Shown piece by piece: positions 9,419 through 18,921 of a stretch of DNA of 64,000 nucleotides; positions within the stretch are counted from its first letter, which is position 1, and each line of letters opens with the position of its first letter. This stretch comes from an uncultured Candidatus Saccharibacteria bacterium (lineage in GTDB: Bacteria; Patescibacteriota; Minisyncoccia; Phycocordibacterales; GWA1-40-21). The translations under genes and the position numbers were made by a program. The stretch lies in the NCBI GenBank assembly GCA_964513515.1, contig CAZEMP010000001.1, positions 75,336 to 139,335 on the forward strand, given 5' to 3'. The notes under the pieces were generated by a model. It was not told the DNA's origin. It was given only the letters and a program-made list of their open reading frames with translations, and did not search any database.

Positions 9419-9509
9419 AAATCTGTCAAATAATATAACTGTGGATAACTTTTTTCACCAAAATATCTTTATATTATAAGGATATTTTGGTAGAAAATTA
9501 TTATTTTGT

Positions 9510-10205
9510 GTGGATTATCAAAAATACATTTTTAATAAATTTAATTTAACTTTACATTTATTTCTAATACTTATATCATTAATGTATATGAATAAAGAAA
9601 AGACGCACAAAAATATTTTAATGATAATAAAGTGTCTTCAAATGCTTTATAAACCATTCCCTGCAGTCATCGTTGCGTGTCTTTTTTGGTATTTTATTTT
9701 TTTTAAGAATCAAATTTTTCTAAATCTTCCTATTGAAATAATAAACACTTGGATTTCTATGTTTGGTCTTTTGTATGGTCTTTTAGCTGCAGTAGTTTTG
9801 TCTACAGTATGGAATGAATACAAAACAATGCGTACAGCTGTAAAAAAATATGACTTTGAAACATTCATTGATCTTCGTGATGAGGAAATATCTCCACTAG
9901 TGCATACCTTAATGTTTGTGCTTTCAGGAATGATACTTCTTGCGTTTATGTGTCAAAAATTTAATGGCCTTTATAGTGGTTTTCTATTAATTGGTACTAC
10001 AACATATATTTTTACCCTTCTATTTCTTGTTATATACGAGATAGATGATCCGTGCACTGGTACATGGTATATCAAGAACATTCCAAAGGAATGGCTTATG
10101 ATTGATCCTAAAAAATATCGTGAGGAGATGAGACATAAAAAGGGCCGTGAAGAATTTAAAGCTGTCCTTAAATATGGAAGAAGAAAAGGAGATCTTAATC
10201 TTTAA
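9510..10205 (+). CDS. hypothetical integral membrane protein
   Basis: 231-aa ORF with several TM helices. The true start may be internal. Confidence 0.4.
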   Translation: MDYQKYIFNKFNLTLHLFLILISLMYMNKEKTHKNILMIIKCLQMLYKPFPAVIVACLFWYFIFFKNQIFLNLPIEIINTWISMFGLLYGLLAAVVLSTVWNEYKTMRTAVKKYDFETFIDLRDEEISPLVHTLMFVLSGMILLAFMCQKFNGLYSGFLLIGTTTYIFTLLFLVIYEIDDPCTGTWYIKNIPKEWLMIDPKKYREEMRHKKGREEFKAVLKYGRRKGDLNL

Positions 10206-10239
10206 TATTATTTGAAAAAAGTGTGATAGAATAATTCTT

Positions 10240-10857
10240 ATGAAATATGATAAGGTTGCAAATATAAGTTCTATTAATAAAGCTAAAGGGGCACTTGAAA
10301 AGAGAGGTTTTGAAGTTTTTGTATTAAAAAATAAGACTGAAGCATTATTAAAAATAAAGGATATTATTCCTAAAGGAGCTAGTGTAAACAATGGCTCATC
10401 TACCACTTTGACCGAAATAGGTTTTATTGATTATTTAAAATCAAATAAACATAGTTGGAATAATTTACACGCATTAGTTGTTGAGGAGAAGGATTCAAAC
10501 AAACAAGCAGAACTTCGCAAACACGCAATGTTTGCAGATTATTACTTAGGTAGTGTTCATTCACTAGCAGAAACAGGAGAAATCGTCATAGCTTCAGCTT
10601 CTGGTAGTCAGCTTGTTCCTATAGTTTATGGTTCTAGGAACTTAATTTTTGTTGTAGGTGCACAGAAAATCACCAAATCATATGAAGATGCTATGAATAG
10701 ATTAAGAAATCATGTGGTGGCACTTGAAGATATCAGAATGAAAAATGTAGGTATGGGGGGAACCACCCTTTCTAAAATATTAACCATAGAAAATGAACCG
10801 GTATTTATGGGAAGAAGTGTTAAAATTATAATTGTTCAAGAAAAACTCGGTTTTTAA
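10240..10857 (+). CDS. LUD-domain protein (LutC/YkgG-like)
   Basis: 205 aa. The overall pattern matches DUF162/LUD family members (GVSGASA-like region VIASASGSQLVP). Confidence 0.55.
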   Translation: MKYDKVANISSINKAKGALEKRGFEVFVLKNKTEALLKIKDIIPKGASVNNGSSTTLTEIGFIDYLKSNKHSWNNLHALVVEEKDSNKQAELRKHAMFADYYLGSVHSLAETGEIVIASASGSQLVPIVYGSRNLIFVVGAQKITKSYEDAMNRLRNHVVALEDIRMKNVGMGGTTLSKILTIENEPVFMGRSVKIIIVQEKLGF

Positions 10858-10881
10858 TTTATTAATTTAATAATAAGAAGT

Positions 10882-11445
10882 ATGTTAAATATAAATTCCA
10901 TAGTTCCAAATTTTGAGGCAGAAATATATCAGAATAATAAAATTAAAAAAGTAAAGCTTTCAGATTATAAAGGCAAGTGGGTAGTTTTGGTATTCTATCC
11001 TGCAAATTTTACTTTTGTCTGTCCTACAGAGCTTGAGGATGCACAAAGATACTATAAGGAAGTGAAAAAACTTGGTGGAGAAATAATTTCTGTGAGTACA
11101 GATACAGCTTTTGCTCATAAATCATGGCATGATACTTCCCCAGCTATTAGTAAAATTGAGTATCCGATGATGGCAGATCCAACCGGTAAACTTTGTAAAC
11201 TTTTTGGAACATATATTGAAGAAGAAGGGCTATCACTAAGAGGGACATTTATTATAGATCCAGATGGTATTCTAAAAACAATTGAAATTCATAACAATGA
11301 CATTGGTAGAAGTGCAAAAGAGATGGTTAGAAAAATTAAGGCCGCTAAGTTTGTAAAGGAAAATAAAGGTAAAGTGTGTCCAGCTAGCTGGGAACCTGGT
11401 GATGATACTTTGACTCCAGGAGTTAATCTTGTTGGTAAAATTTAA
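10882..11445 (+). CDS. typical 2-Cys peroxiredoxin (AhpC/TSA family)
   Basis: FTFVCPTE peroxidatic Cys motif and a C-terminal resolving Cys (KVCPASW). Confidence 0.85.
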   Translation: MLNINSIVPNFEAEIYQNNKIKKVKLSDYKGKWVVLVFYPANFTFVCPTELEDAQRYYKEVKKLGGEIISVSTDTAFAHKSWHDTSPAISKIEYPMMADPTGKLCKLFGTYIEEEGLSLRGTFIIDPDGILKTIEIHNNDIGRSAKEMVRKIKAAKFVKENKGKVCPASWEPGDDTLTPGVNLVGKI

Positions 11446-11454
11446 CAAGAATTA

Positions 11455-11928
11455 CTATCGTATAATGTCAATTTCTTCTAACCATTCCTCCCGGTATTCC
11501 TCTATCTTAATATTTAGACTCTTAGTAATATTCCTTTCCCATGTCGCTCCACGAGAACTCTGCCAATCTGGTAAAAAAAGCGCTCGACTTATATAGCCCG
11601 ATTCAAAAATCTTTCTGTAAAATACGTCTAGAATTGGTAAACAGTACCCATCTGTTTTTGGATATTTAATCATAAGTCTACTTATTGCACTCTCAAAAGG
11701 AATCAGATCAAAAACTTGTAAGCCGTTTTTATTTGCTGTTTCTATCGCTCTTTTAATACGTTCAAGGTTTTTCTCAAGACTACCAAGCCCTCCTGTTGAT
11801 ATTGGTCCACAAATTTCAACAATTGGTTCACCGGATTCATTCATCTTTTTCAAAACATCTAAAGCTACAATAGAAAGTTCCTCAAAAGTTTGAGCAGAAT
11901 CAATCTTACTTTTGTCAACCTTAACCAT
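11455..11928 (-). CDS. hypothetical protein (possible DUF4406/nucleoside deoxyribosyltransferase-like fold)
   Basis: 157 aa with an ICGPISTGG motif. The family assignment is weak. Confidence 0.3.
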   Translation of the reverse strand: MVKVDKSKIDSAQTFEELSIVALDVLKKMNESGEPIVEICGPISTGGLGSLEKNLERIKRAIETANKNGLQVFDLIPFESAISRLMIKYPKTDGYCLPILDVFYRKIFESGYISRALFLPDWQSSRGATWERNITKSLNIKIEEYREEWLEEIDIIR

Positions 11929-11943
11929 GTATTTAAATTAGTT

Positions 11944-12963
11944 TTATCTTTTCAAAACTAAAACCTTATACATATCCATCGCAGAAATAAATAACGAGAG
12001 AAGGGTTGGTCCAAATATAAAACCGAGAGGTCCAAAAAACGCTATACCACCAAGAATAGAAAACAAAATAAATGGTGCTGGGACATCTAAACCCTTACCA
12101 AAAAAATATGCTGAAAGTGTATTATCTATGAAAACAAAGATTGCCAATCCAAATATAATCATTCCTAAAGCAAAATAAATATTACTATAAAGCAATAGAT
12201 ATATGGTCGCTGGAATTATGGCAAAAGGGGTACCGAGGCCTGGTGTCATTCCTATAATTCCTCCAATACTTCCCCACAATAACGCATTTGGAATACCAAA
12301 GAAATAAAAAGCTGTAGCTATAAGCAAAAAACGAATCAGACCGACAAAAAGTGTTCCTCTAATAACAGAAGTGATTGCTCTATATACTGAATTGATTATT
12401 TGTTTATTTTGACCTTTTTCAAAAGGGCTTAGTGAGAAAAAAGTATCAAGTATCTTTTCTCCATCTTTCAAAAAGAAAAACAGAGTAAAAAGTAAGAAGA
12501 ATATTTGAAAGAAAATATAGGTAGTCTGTGAAAGAATTGATACTAAATTATTGGAAGCAAATATCTTTGCTTTATTAATAAAATCAAAAATATTAAAGTA
12601 AAAACTAGGAAAAATATTTTGTCCTAAATTATTTATATTTTGCTGTAGCGCTTGTATATATTGACCTTGACCAGCTTGATTTAATGATAGAAAGTTTTGA
12701 GCTTGTCCAAGTATTTGCAATCCGAAGAAAAAGATTGGAATAATCAAAAATACCAATGCTACGATAACTAAAAAAATAGCGACTACATTTCTACCGCCAT
12801 GAAAAAAATCAATGAGACTTTCGTATAATGGATGAAACAGAACAGACAAAACAGCAGCCAAAATAATGATGTATAAAAAGGGTCTAAAAACAAAAAAAGT
12901 GAGTGTGGATAATATAATAAATAATGCAGAGAAAAGTATAATTTCTAATCTTTTGTTTTCCAT
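11944..12963 (-). CDS. AI-2E family transporter (PerM/UPF0118)
   Basis: 339 aa, polytopic, with the conserved GMTPGLGTPFAIIPATIYLL region. Confidence 0.7.
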   Translation of the reverse strand: MENKRLEIILFSALFIILSTLTFFVFRPFLYIIILAAVLSVLFHPLYESLIDFFHGGRNVVAIFLVIVALVFLIIPIFFFGLQILGQAQNFLSLNQAGQGQYIQALQQNINNLGQNIFPSFYFNIFDFINKAKIFASNNLVSILSQTTYIFFQIFFLLFTLFFFLKDGEKILDTFFSLSPFEKGQNKQIINSVYRAITSVIRGTLFVGLIRFLLIATAFYFFGIPNALLWGSIGGIIGMTPGLGTPFAIIPATIYLLLYSNIYFALGMIIFGLAIFVFIDNTLSAYFFGKGLDVPAPFILFSILGGIAFFGPLGFIFGPTLLSLFISAMDMYKVLVLKR

Positions 12964-13107
12964 ACTATAATTCTAACACACTATTAATATTATTCTATTG
13001 TTAATACTCCAACACTTTACATTTGGCAGAATATTTGATATAAATATGAACACATAAATGCGCTTCGGCGCCTTTTAAATTTAAAGCGTGTCGCGCTAAA
13101 AGGACGG

Positions 13108-14913
13108 TTGCACGACATGATTTCGCAAAATCAAATGGATATCAGAAATATAGCAATCATAGCCCACGTAGACCACGGAAAAACGACTCTCACTGACGCA
13201 ATTTTAAAGCAAACGGGAATGGTGGAAGAGGGTGTAAGCATGGACAGCAACAAACTCGAACAAGAGAGAGGTATTACTATTTATGCAAAAAATACTTCTA
13301 TCTTTTATAAAGATACAAAAATAAATATTGTAGACACTCCCGGACACGCAGACTTTGGTTCTGAAGTAGAAAGAGTTCTAAGATCTATTGATACCGTACT
13401 TCTTGTGGTAGATGCACAAGAAGGTCCTATGCCACAAACAAGATTTGTGCTGAAGAAATCTCTAGAGCTTGGACTTAAGCCCATCGTAGTTATAAATAAA
13501 ATAGATAAGCCAGCAGCAAGACCTGATGAAGCTCATGAGGAAGTTTTGGAGTTGTTTATGGAACTTGGAGCAAATGACGATCAACTCAACTTCCCTGTTA
13601 TTTATGCAATTGGCAGAAAAGGAGTCGCCATGAAAAGTATAAAAGATGAGCAAAAAGATCTTTCTCCCCTTTTAGATATGATCTTAGAAAAAGTTCCACC
13701 TGCAAAGAAAGATGTGAACGCACCACTTGAAGCGCAAATTTTTAATCTTTCATATGACAACTTTTTAGGAAGACTTGCTGTTGTAAGAATTTATAACGGA
13801 AAAGTAAAAGATGGGCAAAATATCTTTATTAAAAAACCAGACGGAACTGTTCGAAACACAAGAATAACAAAACTCTATACTTTCAAAGGAACACAAAAAG
13901 ATGCTGTCTCCGAAGCTTTAGCTGGTGATATTGCTATGATAGCCGGTATATCAGACGCATACATAGGAGAGACTATTTGTGAAAATACAGAGCAAAACCC
14001 ACTTCCAGCTATCAACATAGATGAGCCGACTATTTCTATGAATTTCTTGGTAAATGATTCTCCTTTTGCCGGACGTGAAGGTAAATTTGTCACGGGAAGA
14101 CAAATAAGAGAAAGACTTGAAAAAGAGCTTGAAATAAATGTGGGTCTAAAAGTCAATTTTGATACTAATCCTTTTACTGTTTATGGAAGAGGTGAACTTC
14201 ATATTGCAATTCTTATTGAAAATATGAGAAGAGAAGGTTTTGAACTTCAGGTTTCTCAACCTCACGCAATCCAAAAAGAAATCAATGGCGTGCTTTCTGA
14301 ACCTTATGAAGAAGTCACTATAGACATACCTTCAGAATTCCAAGGAATTGTGATCGAAAAGCTCGGTAAAAGAAAAGGAATAATGAAAGATATGAAAGTG
14401 AAAGACAATCAACTTAGAATGTTATTTGAAATTCCAACAAGAGGACTTTTGGGATATAGAGGATCTTTCGTGGTTGATACAAAGGGTTTGGGAATACTTG
14501 CTTCAAGATTTATAGATTTTAGACCATATGCGGGAGAAATACAGAAACAAGAATACGGTTCTATGACTTCTATGATAACAGGAAAAACAATGGCTTTTTC
14601 ACTTTGGAACTTGCAAGAGAGAGGTGTTTTATATATTGATCCTGCGATAGAAATATATGAGGGAATGGTTGTTGGCCATGTTTCAAGCGGTGAAGATCTT
14701 GAGGTAAATCCAACAAAAAATAAAGCTCTTACAAATATGAGAACTTCTGGAAATGATGAGGCTCTTTATCTTGTACCACCAATGAGACTTGATATAGAAA
14801 AAGGTTTAGAAATTATGCAAGATGATGAGTATTTGGAAATCACTCCTAAAAGCGTAAGACTTAGAAAAAAACTTTTAACTAATAACGATAGGCAGAAAGC
14901 GAAAAGAAAATAA
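13108..14913 (+). CDS. typA: translational GTPase TypA/BipA
   Basis: G-domain motifs [10 protein letters not shown] and DTPGHADF, with the TypA-specific C-terminal domain. Confidence 0.9.
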   Translation: MHDMISQNQMDIRNIAIIAHVDHGKTTLTDAILKQTGMVEEGVSMDSNKLEQERGITIYAKNTSIFYKDTKINIVDTPGHADFGSEVERVLRSIDTVLLVVDAQEGPMPQTRFVLKKSLELGLKPIVVINKIDKPAARPDEAHEEVLELFMELGANDDQLNFPVIYAIGRKGVAMKSIKDEQKDLSPLLDMILEKVPPAKKDVNAPLEAQIFNLSYDNFLGRLAVVRIYNGKVKDGQNIFIKKPDGTVRNTRITKLYTFKGTQKDAVSEALAGDIAMIAGISDAYIGETICENTEQNPLPAINIDEPTISMNFLVNDSPFAGREGKFVTGRQIRERLEKELEINVGLKVNFDTNPFTVYGRGELHIAILIENMRREGFELQVSQPHAIQKEINGVLSEPYEEVTIDIPSEFQGIVIEKLGKRKGIMKDMKVKDNQLRMLFEIPTRGLLGYRGSFVVDTKGLGILASRFIDFRPYAGEIQKQEYGSMTSMITGKTMAFSLWNLQERGVLYIDPAIEIYEGMVVGHVSSGEDLEVNPTKNKALTNMRTSGNDEALYLVPPMRLDIEKGLEIMQDDEYLEITPKSVRLRKKLLTNNDRQKAKRK

Positions 14914-14948
14914 TAAAAATAAACTGAGATTGAATCTCTGGATAATGT

Positions 14949-15839
14949 TTATATCTTAAAGTCTCCAACCTTCATCCTTTTTATATTTAAAGCTAAAGCT
15001 GGAATACCAACTTTTTCTCCGATAGCATTGGCCAAACTTCTCATGTAGGTACCGCTTGTACAATTTACCCTGATTGAGATAATAGCAAATGCAGAGTTGG
15101 TTGCGTCACATATAATTTTCTGCTGAAAATTTATGCCGACCCCGACTCCTTCACCTTCGTTCAGTCCGTCTTTGAAAAGCTCCACGTATTCGCTTTTCAA
15201 CGCTTCGCTCGCAAAGACATTATTCCATTTTTCTAATATTTCTTCTTGGCGGAAATCTCCTTTTACTAGATTAATAGATTCTTTTATATATTTATGTAAG
15301 TCTTCTTTTGATATTGTTCTTTCCTCCAAAAGTTCAATGTTTTTTATTTCTACTTCTTTTGATTCAATTTGATCACTGTCCAATTCCTCACTTCTAGCAG
15401 AATTCCAATATTTTGATGAGTATGCTGGATATTTTTGAGAATATCGACCTATAAAAGAATTTAACAATTCCTTTATAGTGTCGTTCCCGCGAAAGCGGGA
15501 ATCTAGATTTAGTAAATCCGTCTGGATTCCCGCCTTCGCGGGAATGACAAGACCCAAAACATCGTAGGTATCTGTATTAAAACCAAAAAGTACATCTACT
15601 TCATATTCTTTATCTAAACCTAAATATTTTTCCTTATTTTTACATTCCTCTCCTACCAAAACTAAAAGTAAGCCTTCTGCGAGAGGATCGAGCCTTCCTG
15701 CATATGTCATCTTTTCATTTTTATATTCTTTATTATCTGTTTTAAATCTTTCCAAACATTCAAGTGGTGTTTCTCCCCTCTTTTTGTAAAGACTCAATAT
15801 TCCTTGTTTTGGCTTCATAATTTGATAGAATACTACCAT
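14949..15839 (-). CDS. truB: tRNA pseudouridine(55) synthase TruB (carries in-frame palindromic insertion)
   Basis: AGRLDPLAEGLLLVLVGE catalytic-Asp motif and the TruB PUA-less architecture. It includes a 21-aa insertion encoded by the GC-rich palindrome. Confidence 0.7.
   Translation of the reverse strand: MVVFYQIMKPKQGILSLYKKRGETPLECLERFKTDNKEYKNEKMTYAGRLDPLAEGLLLVLVGEECKNKEKYLGLDKEYEVDVLFGFNTDTYDVLGLVIPAKAGIQTDLLNLDSRFRGNDTIKELLNSFIGRYSQKYPAYSSKYWNSARSEELDSDQIESKEVEIKNIELLEERTISKEDLHKYIKESINLVKGDFRQEEILEKWNNVFASEALKSEYVELFKDGLNEGEGVGVGINFQQKIICDATNSAFAIISIRVNCTSGTYMRSLANAIGEKVGIPALALNIKRMKVGDFKI
15484..15545. repeat. 62-bp GC-rich nested palindromic element inserted in-frame in truB
   Basis: Two hairpins, TTCCCGCgaaaGCGGGAA and ATTCCCGCcttcGCGGGAAT, flank a spacer. 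The outer inverted repeat is GGGAATCTAGA/TCTGGATTCCC. GC content contrasts sharply with the surrounding gene. Confidence 0.6.
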
Positions 15840-15858
15840 AATTCATCTTTAAACAAAC

Positions 15859-17199
15859 ATGTTCAACTTTTTCAAAAAAAAACAGAAGGCGCAAGAAATA
15901 AAATCTCAAAAGTTAAGTACGGAATCATACAAAGGTGTACGTGATTTTTATCCAGAAGATATGGCGGTGCAAAACTACATATTTGATGTAATGAGAAAAA
16001 CCGTTGAAAGTTTTGGATATGGAGAGTATGGGGCTTCAGTTTTGGAGTATTCCGATCTATACAAAGCAAAGTCTGGAGATGAAATAGTGAATAGCCAAAC
16101 CTACACTTTCATTGATCGTGGTGATAGAGAGGTTTCCTTGAGGCCTGAAATGACACCAACAGTAGCCAGAATGATAGCCGCGAGATTGAAAGAGTTCTCC
16201 TTCCCACTTCGCTGGTATTCAATTCCAAATCTTTTTAGATATGAAAAGCCACAAAGAGGGAGAACTCGTGAACACTGGCAGCTCAATGTTGATATTTTCG
16301 GAGTAAAAAATGTAAACGCAGATGTAGAGGTTATTTCGATTGCCTCAGCAATATTGAGAAAATTTGGTTTGAAAGATTCTGACTTTGAAATAAGAATAAA
16401 TAATAGAAAAATAGTAAATTATATTTTGAATGATTTATTTAAACTTGAAAAAGAAACTGCACATGCTGTTGCCAAACTCATAGATAGAAAAGAAAAAATG
16501 AGCGTTGAAGAATTTAAAGGTGCAGTACAAGAAATTGTACCAGAGAGAAGTTCAGAACTTTTAGAGCTTTTAAATAGTAAGAATTTTCTAGAATTTATTT
16601 CGAAGCTCCCTAAAAATGAAAAATTAAATGAAGGCTTGATGGAAATTAAGGAAGTAATGGAAAAACTTGAAAAATTAGGGATTACTAATGTTGTTTTTTC
16701 TCAAAATCTTATGAGGGGTTTTGACTACTATACAGGTATTGTTTTTGAGTTTTTTGATAAAAATCCAAAAAACAGCAGGTCAATTTTTGGTGGTGGAAGA
16801 TATGATGAACTATTGTCAATTTTTGGTAAAGATATAGTTCCTGCGGTTGGTTTTGGAGCTGGAGATGTAATAATCAGAGATTTACTTGAAACCTACGGCT
16901 TACTTCCAACACTTAGACCAACATCACAGCTTCATATATGTGTAATAGACGAAAGATCTATAAGCTATGCACAGGATTTGGCACAAAAAATACGTGAAGA
17001 TAATATTAAAGTCACTGTAGATTATTCTGGCAAAAAAATTGGTGATCAATTTAAATATGCAGATAAAAATAAAATTCCATATGTTCTTGTAATTGGAGAG
17101 GACGAAGTAACAACAGGCAAACTAAAAATAAAAGAACTGGCTAGTGGTATTGAAACTGAAACCACTGAAGATAAAATTGCTGGTGTGATTAACAGATAA
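15859..17199 (+). CDS. hisS: histidyl-tRNA synthetase
   Basis: Class II motifs, the GGGRYDEL motif and a C-terminal anticodon-binding domain. Confidence 0.85.
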   Translation: MFNFFKKKQKAQEIKSQKLSTESYKGVRDFYPEDMAVQNYIFDVMRKTVESFGYGEYGASVLEYSDLYKAKSGDEIVNSQTYTFIDRGDREVSLRPEMTPTVARMIAARLKEFSFPLRWYSIPNLFRYEKPQRGRTREHWQLNVDIFGVKNVNADVEVISIASAILRKFGLKDSDFEIRINNRKIVNYILNDLFKLEKETAHAVAKLIDRKEKMSVEEFKGAVQEIVPERSSELLELLNSKNFLEFISKLPKNEKLNEGLMEIKEVMEKLEKLGITNVVFSQNLMRGFDYYTGIVFEFFDKNPKNSRSIFGGGRYDELLSIFGKDIVPAVGFGAGDVIIRDLLETYGLLPTLRPTSQLHICVIDERSISYAQDLAQKIREDNIKVTVDYSGKKIGDQFKYADKNKIPYVLVIGEDEVTTGKLKIKELASGIETETTEDKIAGVINR

Positions 17200-17204
17200 C
17201 ATAA

Positions 17205-17780
17205 ATGCGCAAAATTGTTTTTGATATTGAAACTAGCAATCTTTTTCAAGATGTTGCATCAAATGATCCGGCAGCTTTAGATATGTCTGTTTGTTGTATT
17301 TATGATTACGAAACAGATAAATTTAGTAGCTATACCAAAGAGACACTTCCAGATCTTTGGCCTATTCTTGAGAAAGCAGATTTGCTTATAGGCTTTAATA
17401 GTGATCATTTTGATATACCCATATTAAATAAATATTATTCTGGTGATCTTACAAAGATAAAAAGCTTGGACTTACTTAAAGAAGTGAAAAATTCTCTTGG
17501 AAGAAGGATAAAACTTGATACTTTGGCAGAAGCAACTTTAGGAAAAAATAAAAGTGGTCACGGGCTTGAGGCTATTGTGTGGTGGAGAAATGGAGAAAAG
17601 CAAAAAGTTATCGATTATTGTATTGATGATGTAAAAATTACTAAAGAGATATATGAATATGCAGTAAAAAATAAGATCCTAAAATATTTAGATGGAAAAG
17701 AAATTAGAGATATTAAGCTTGATACTTCAAACTGGGATAAAAAGGAAAATGCGACAATGACTTTTACACTACCTTTTTAA
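17205..17780 (+). CDS. RNase H-like 3'-5' exonuclease domain protein (PolB-exo/YprB-like)
   Basis: IVFDIETSN acidic motif (ExoI) and downstream FNSDHFDIPIL and YCIDDV motifs (ExoII/III-like). Confidence 0.5.
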   Translation: MRKIVFDIETSNLFQDVASNDPAALDMSVCCIYDYETDKFSSYTKETLPDLWPILEKADLLIGFNSDHFDIPILNKYYSGDLTKIKSLDLLKEVKNSLGRRIKLDTLAEATLGKNKSGHGLEAIVWWRNGEKQKVIDYCIDDVKITKEIYEYAVKNKILKYLDGKEIRDIKLDTSNWDKKENATMTFTLPF

Positions 17781-17816
17781 AAGCTGTTAGCTATTGGCTT
17801 ATAGCTGTTAGGAAGT

Positions 17817-17860
17817 AAAAAACAAAGAGCGATTTCCTTCGGAAATCGCTCTTTGTTTTG
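17817..17860. terminator. bidirectional intrinsic terminator inside a larger palindrome
   Basis: 17-bp stem AACAAAGAGCGATTTCC/GGAAATCGCTCTTTGTT with a TTCG loop and T-runs on both sides. Flanked by AGCTGTTAG/CTAACAGCT inverted repeats. Confidence 0.6.
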
Positions 17861-17888
17861 CTAAAAGCTAACACCTAACAGCTAGAAG

Positions 17889-18908
17889 CTATTTAAGGTA
17901 CTTAAACTTATTCTCAACATGCTCATCAAACGTCGTGGCATAATACATATTTCCATCATTACCAGTTAGGAAGTAAAAGTAACCTGTTTTAATAGGGTAT
18001 ATTGTAGCTTTTATTGCCTCTAGACCAGGGTTGGATATAGGAGTTGGTGGTAATCCCCTTTTTGTATAAGAATTGTAAGGAGAATCAATTTTAAGGTCTT
18101 CTATTGTAAGCGTGGCGGTTGTCTTGCCATTTATATATTTGAAAGAAGAATCTACTTGCAAAGCCATACCTATTGATATTCTTTTCCATAATATGCCAGC
18201 AACAATTTCTCTAGACTCTAAGGTCCTGGCTTCTTCCTCCACAATAGACGCCATTTTTATGACATCAGATAATGATTTACCGAACTTTTCAATATCGAGC
18301 CTCAAGTCATTAATTTTTGCATTAAAATTATCTGTCATTATTTTAACAATGTCCTCTTCCTTAATGTCTGGTACAAAAAAGTATGTATCTGGGAAAAGAT
18401 ATCCTTCAAGTTTTTGTTTTTCAATAATACTCAAAAAAACCTTCTTATCAAACGATGGAAAATTATTTGTTATAATATCTGCAATCTCATATGAATTTAC
18501 ACCCTCAGGAATTGTGATTCTTACAGGTACTATATCTAGTTTACCGCGAGAAACTCTCCATGCTAAAGTTAAAACATTTTGTTTTTTGTATAATAAATAG
18601 TCTCCAGCGATCACTTTTTCATCACCAAGTGAAAATAAATATATAAAAGATTTAAACCAAAATTCTGATTGTATAACTCCTATATCTTTAAATTTTTCTG
18701 AAACTCCAGAAAGTGTTTCTCCGTACTTTAAATCATAGATAGATCCAACAGGAAAGTTCTTTGGGGCATTTAAGAAAAAAGCATAAAATAAAACAAAAAA
18801 AACCGCTATGATGATAGTGATCAGACCCCTTTTGTTTTCATAAAGATTATTTAAATATTCTTTACGAGGAATTACCATTGATATATAAGGATTTTCGTTC
18901 TCATTCAT
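17889..18908 (-). CDS. mltG: endolytic murein transglycosylase MltG (YceG family)
   Basis: N-terminal TM helix plus the YceG-like domain. Confidence 0.8.
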   Translation of the reverse strand: MNENENPYISMVIPRKEYLNNLYENKRGLITIIIAVFFVLFYAFFLNAPKNFPVGSIYDLKYGETLSGVSEKFKDIGVIQSEFWFKSFIYLFSLGDEKVIAGDYLLYKKQNVLTLAWRVSRGKLDIVPVRITIPEGVNSYEIADIITNNFPSFDKKVFLSIIEKQKLEGYLFPDTYFFVPDIKEEDIVKIMTDNFNAKINDLRLDIEKFGKSLSDVIKMASIVEEEARTLESREIVAGILWKRISIGMALQVDSSFKYINGKTTATLTIEDLKIDSPYNSYTKRGLPPTPISNPGLEAIKATIYPIKTGYFYFLTGNDGNMYYATTFDEHVENKFKYLK

Positions 18909-18921
18909 TTGAATTAGGATT

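Noticed and set aside
9106-9429. 107-aa ORF on the minus strand
   Set aside because: It lies inside the GC-rich non-coding block. Its start is upstream of the mapped promoter, it has no SD and no homology, and it is the kind of chance ORF expected in GC-rich sequence.
8604-9430. tmRNA, RNase P RNA or a group I/II intron as the identity of the large GC-rich non-coding block
   Set aside because: There is no GGGG…/…CCA acceptor pairing and no tag-peptide frame ending in Ala-Ala-stop. There is no CR-I/CR-IV RNase P block; rnpB is found instead at 63.4-63.9 kb. There is no domain V or P7-like core. A CCATAGGGG/TCCGGG resemblance to the RNase P P4 region is in the wrong order.
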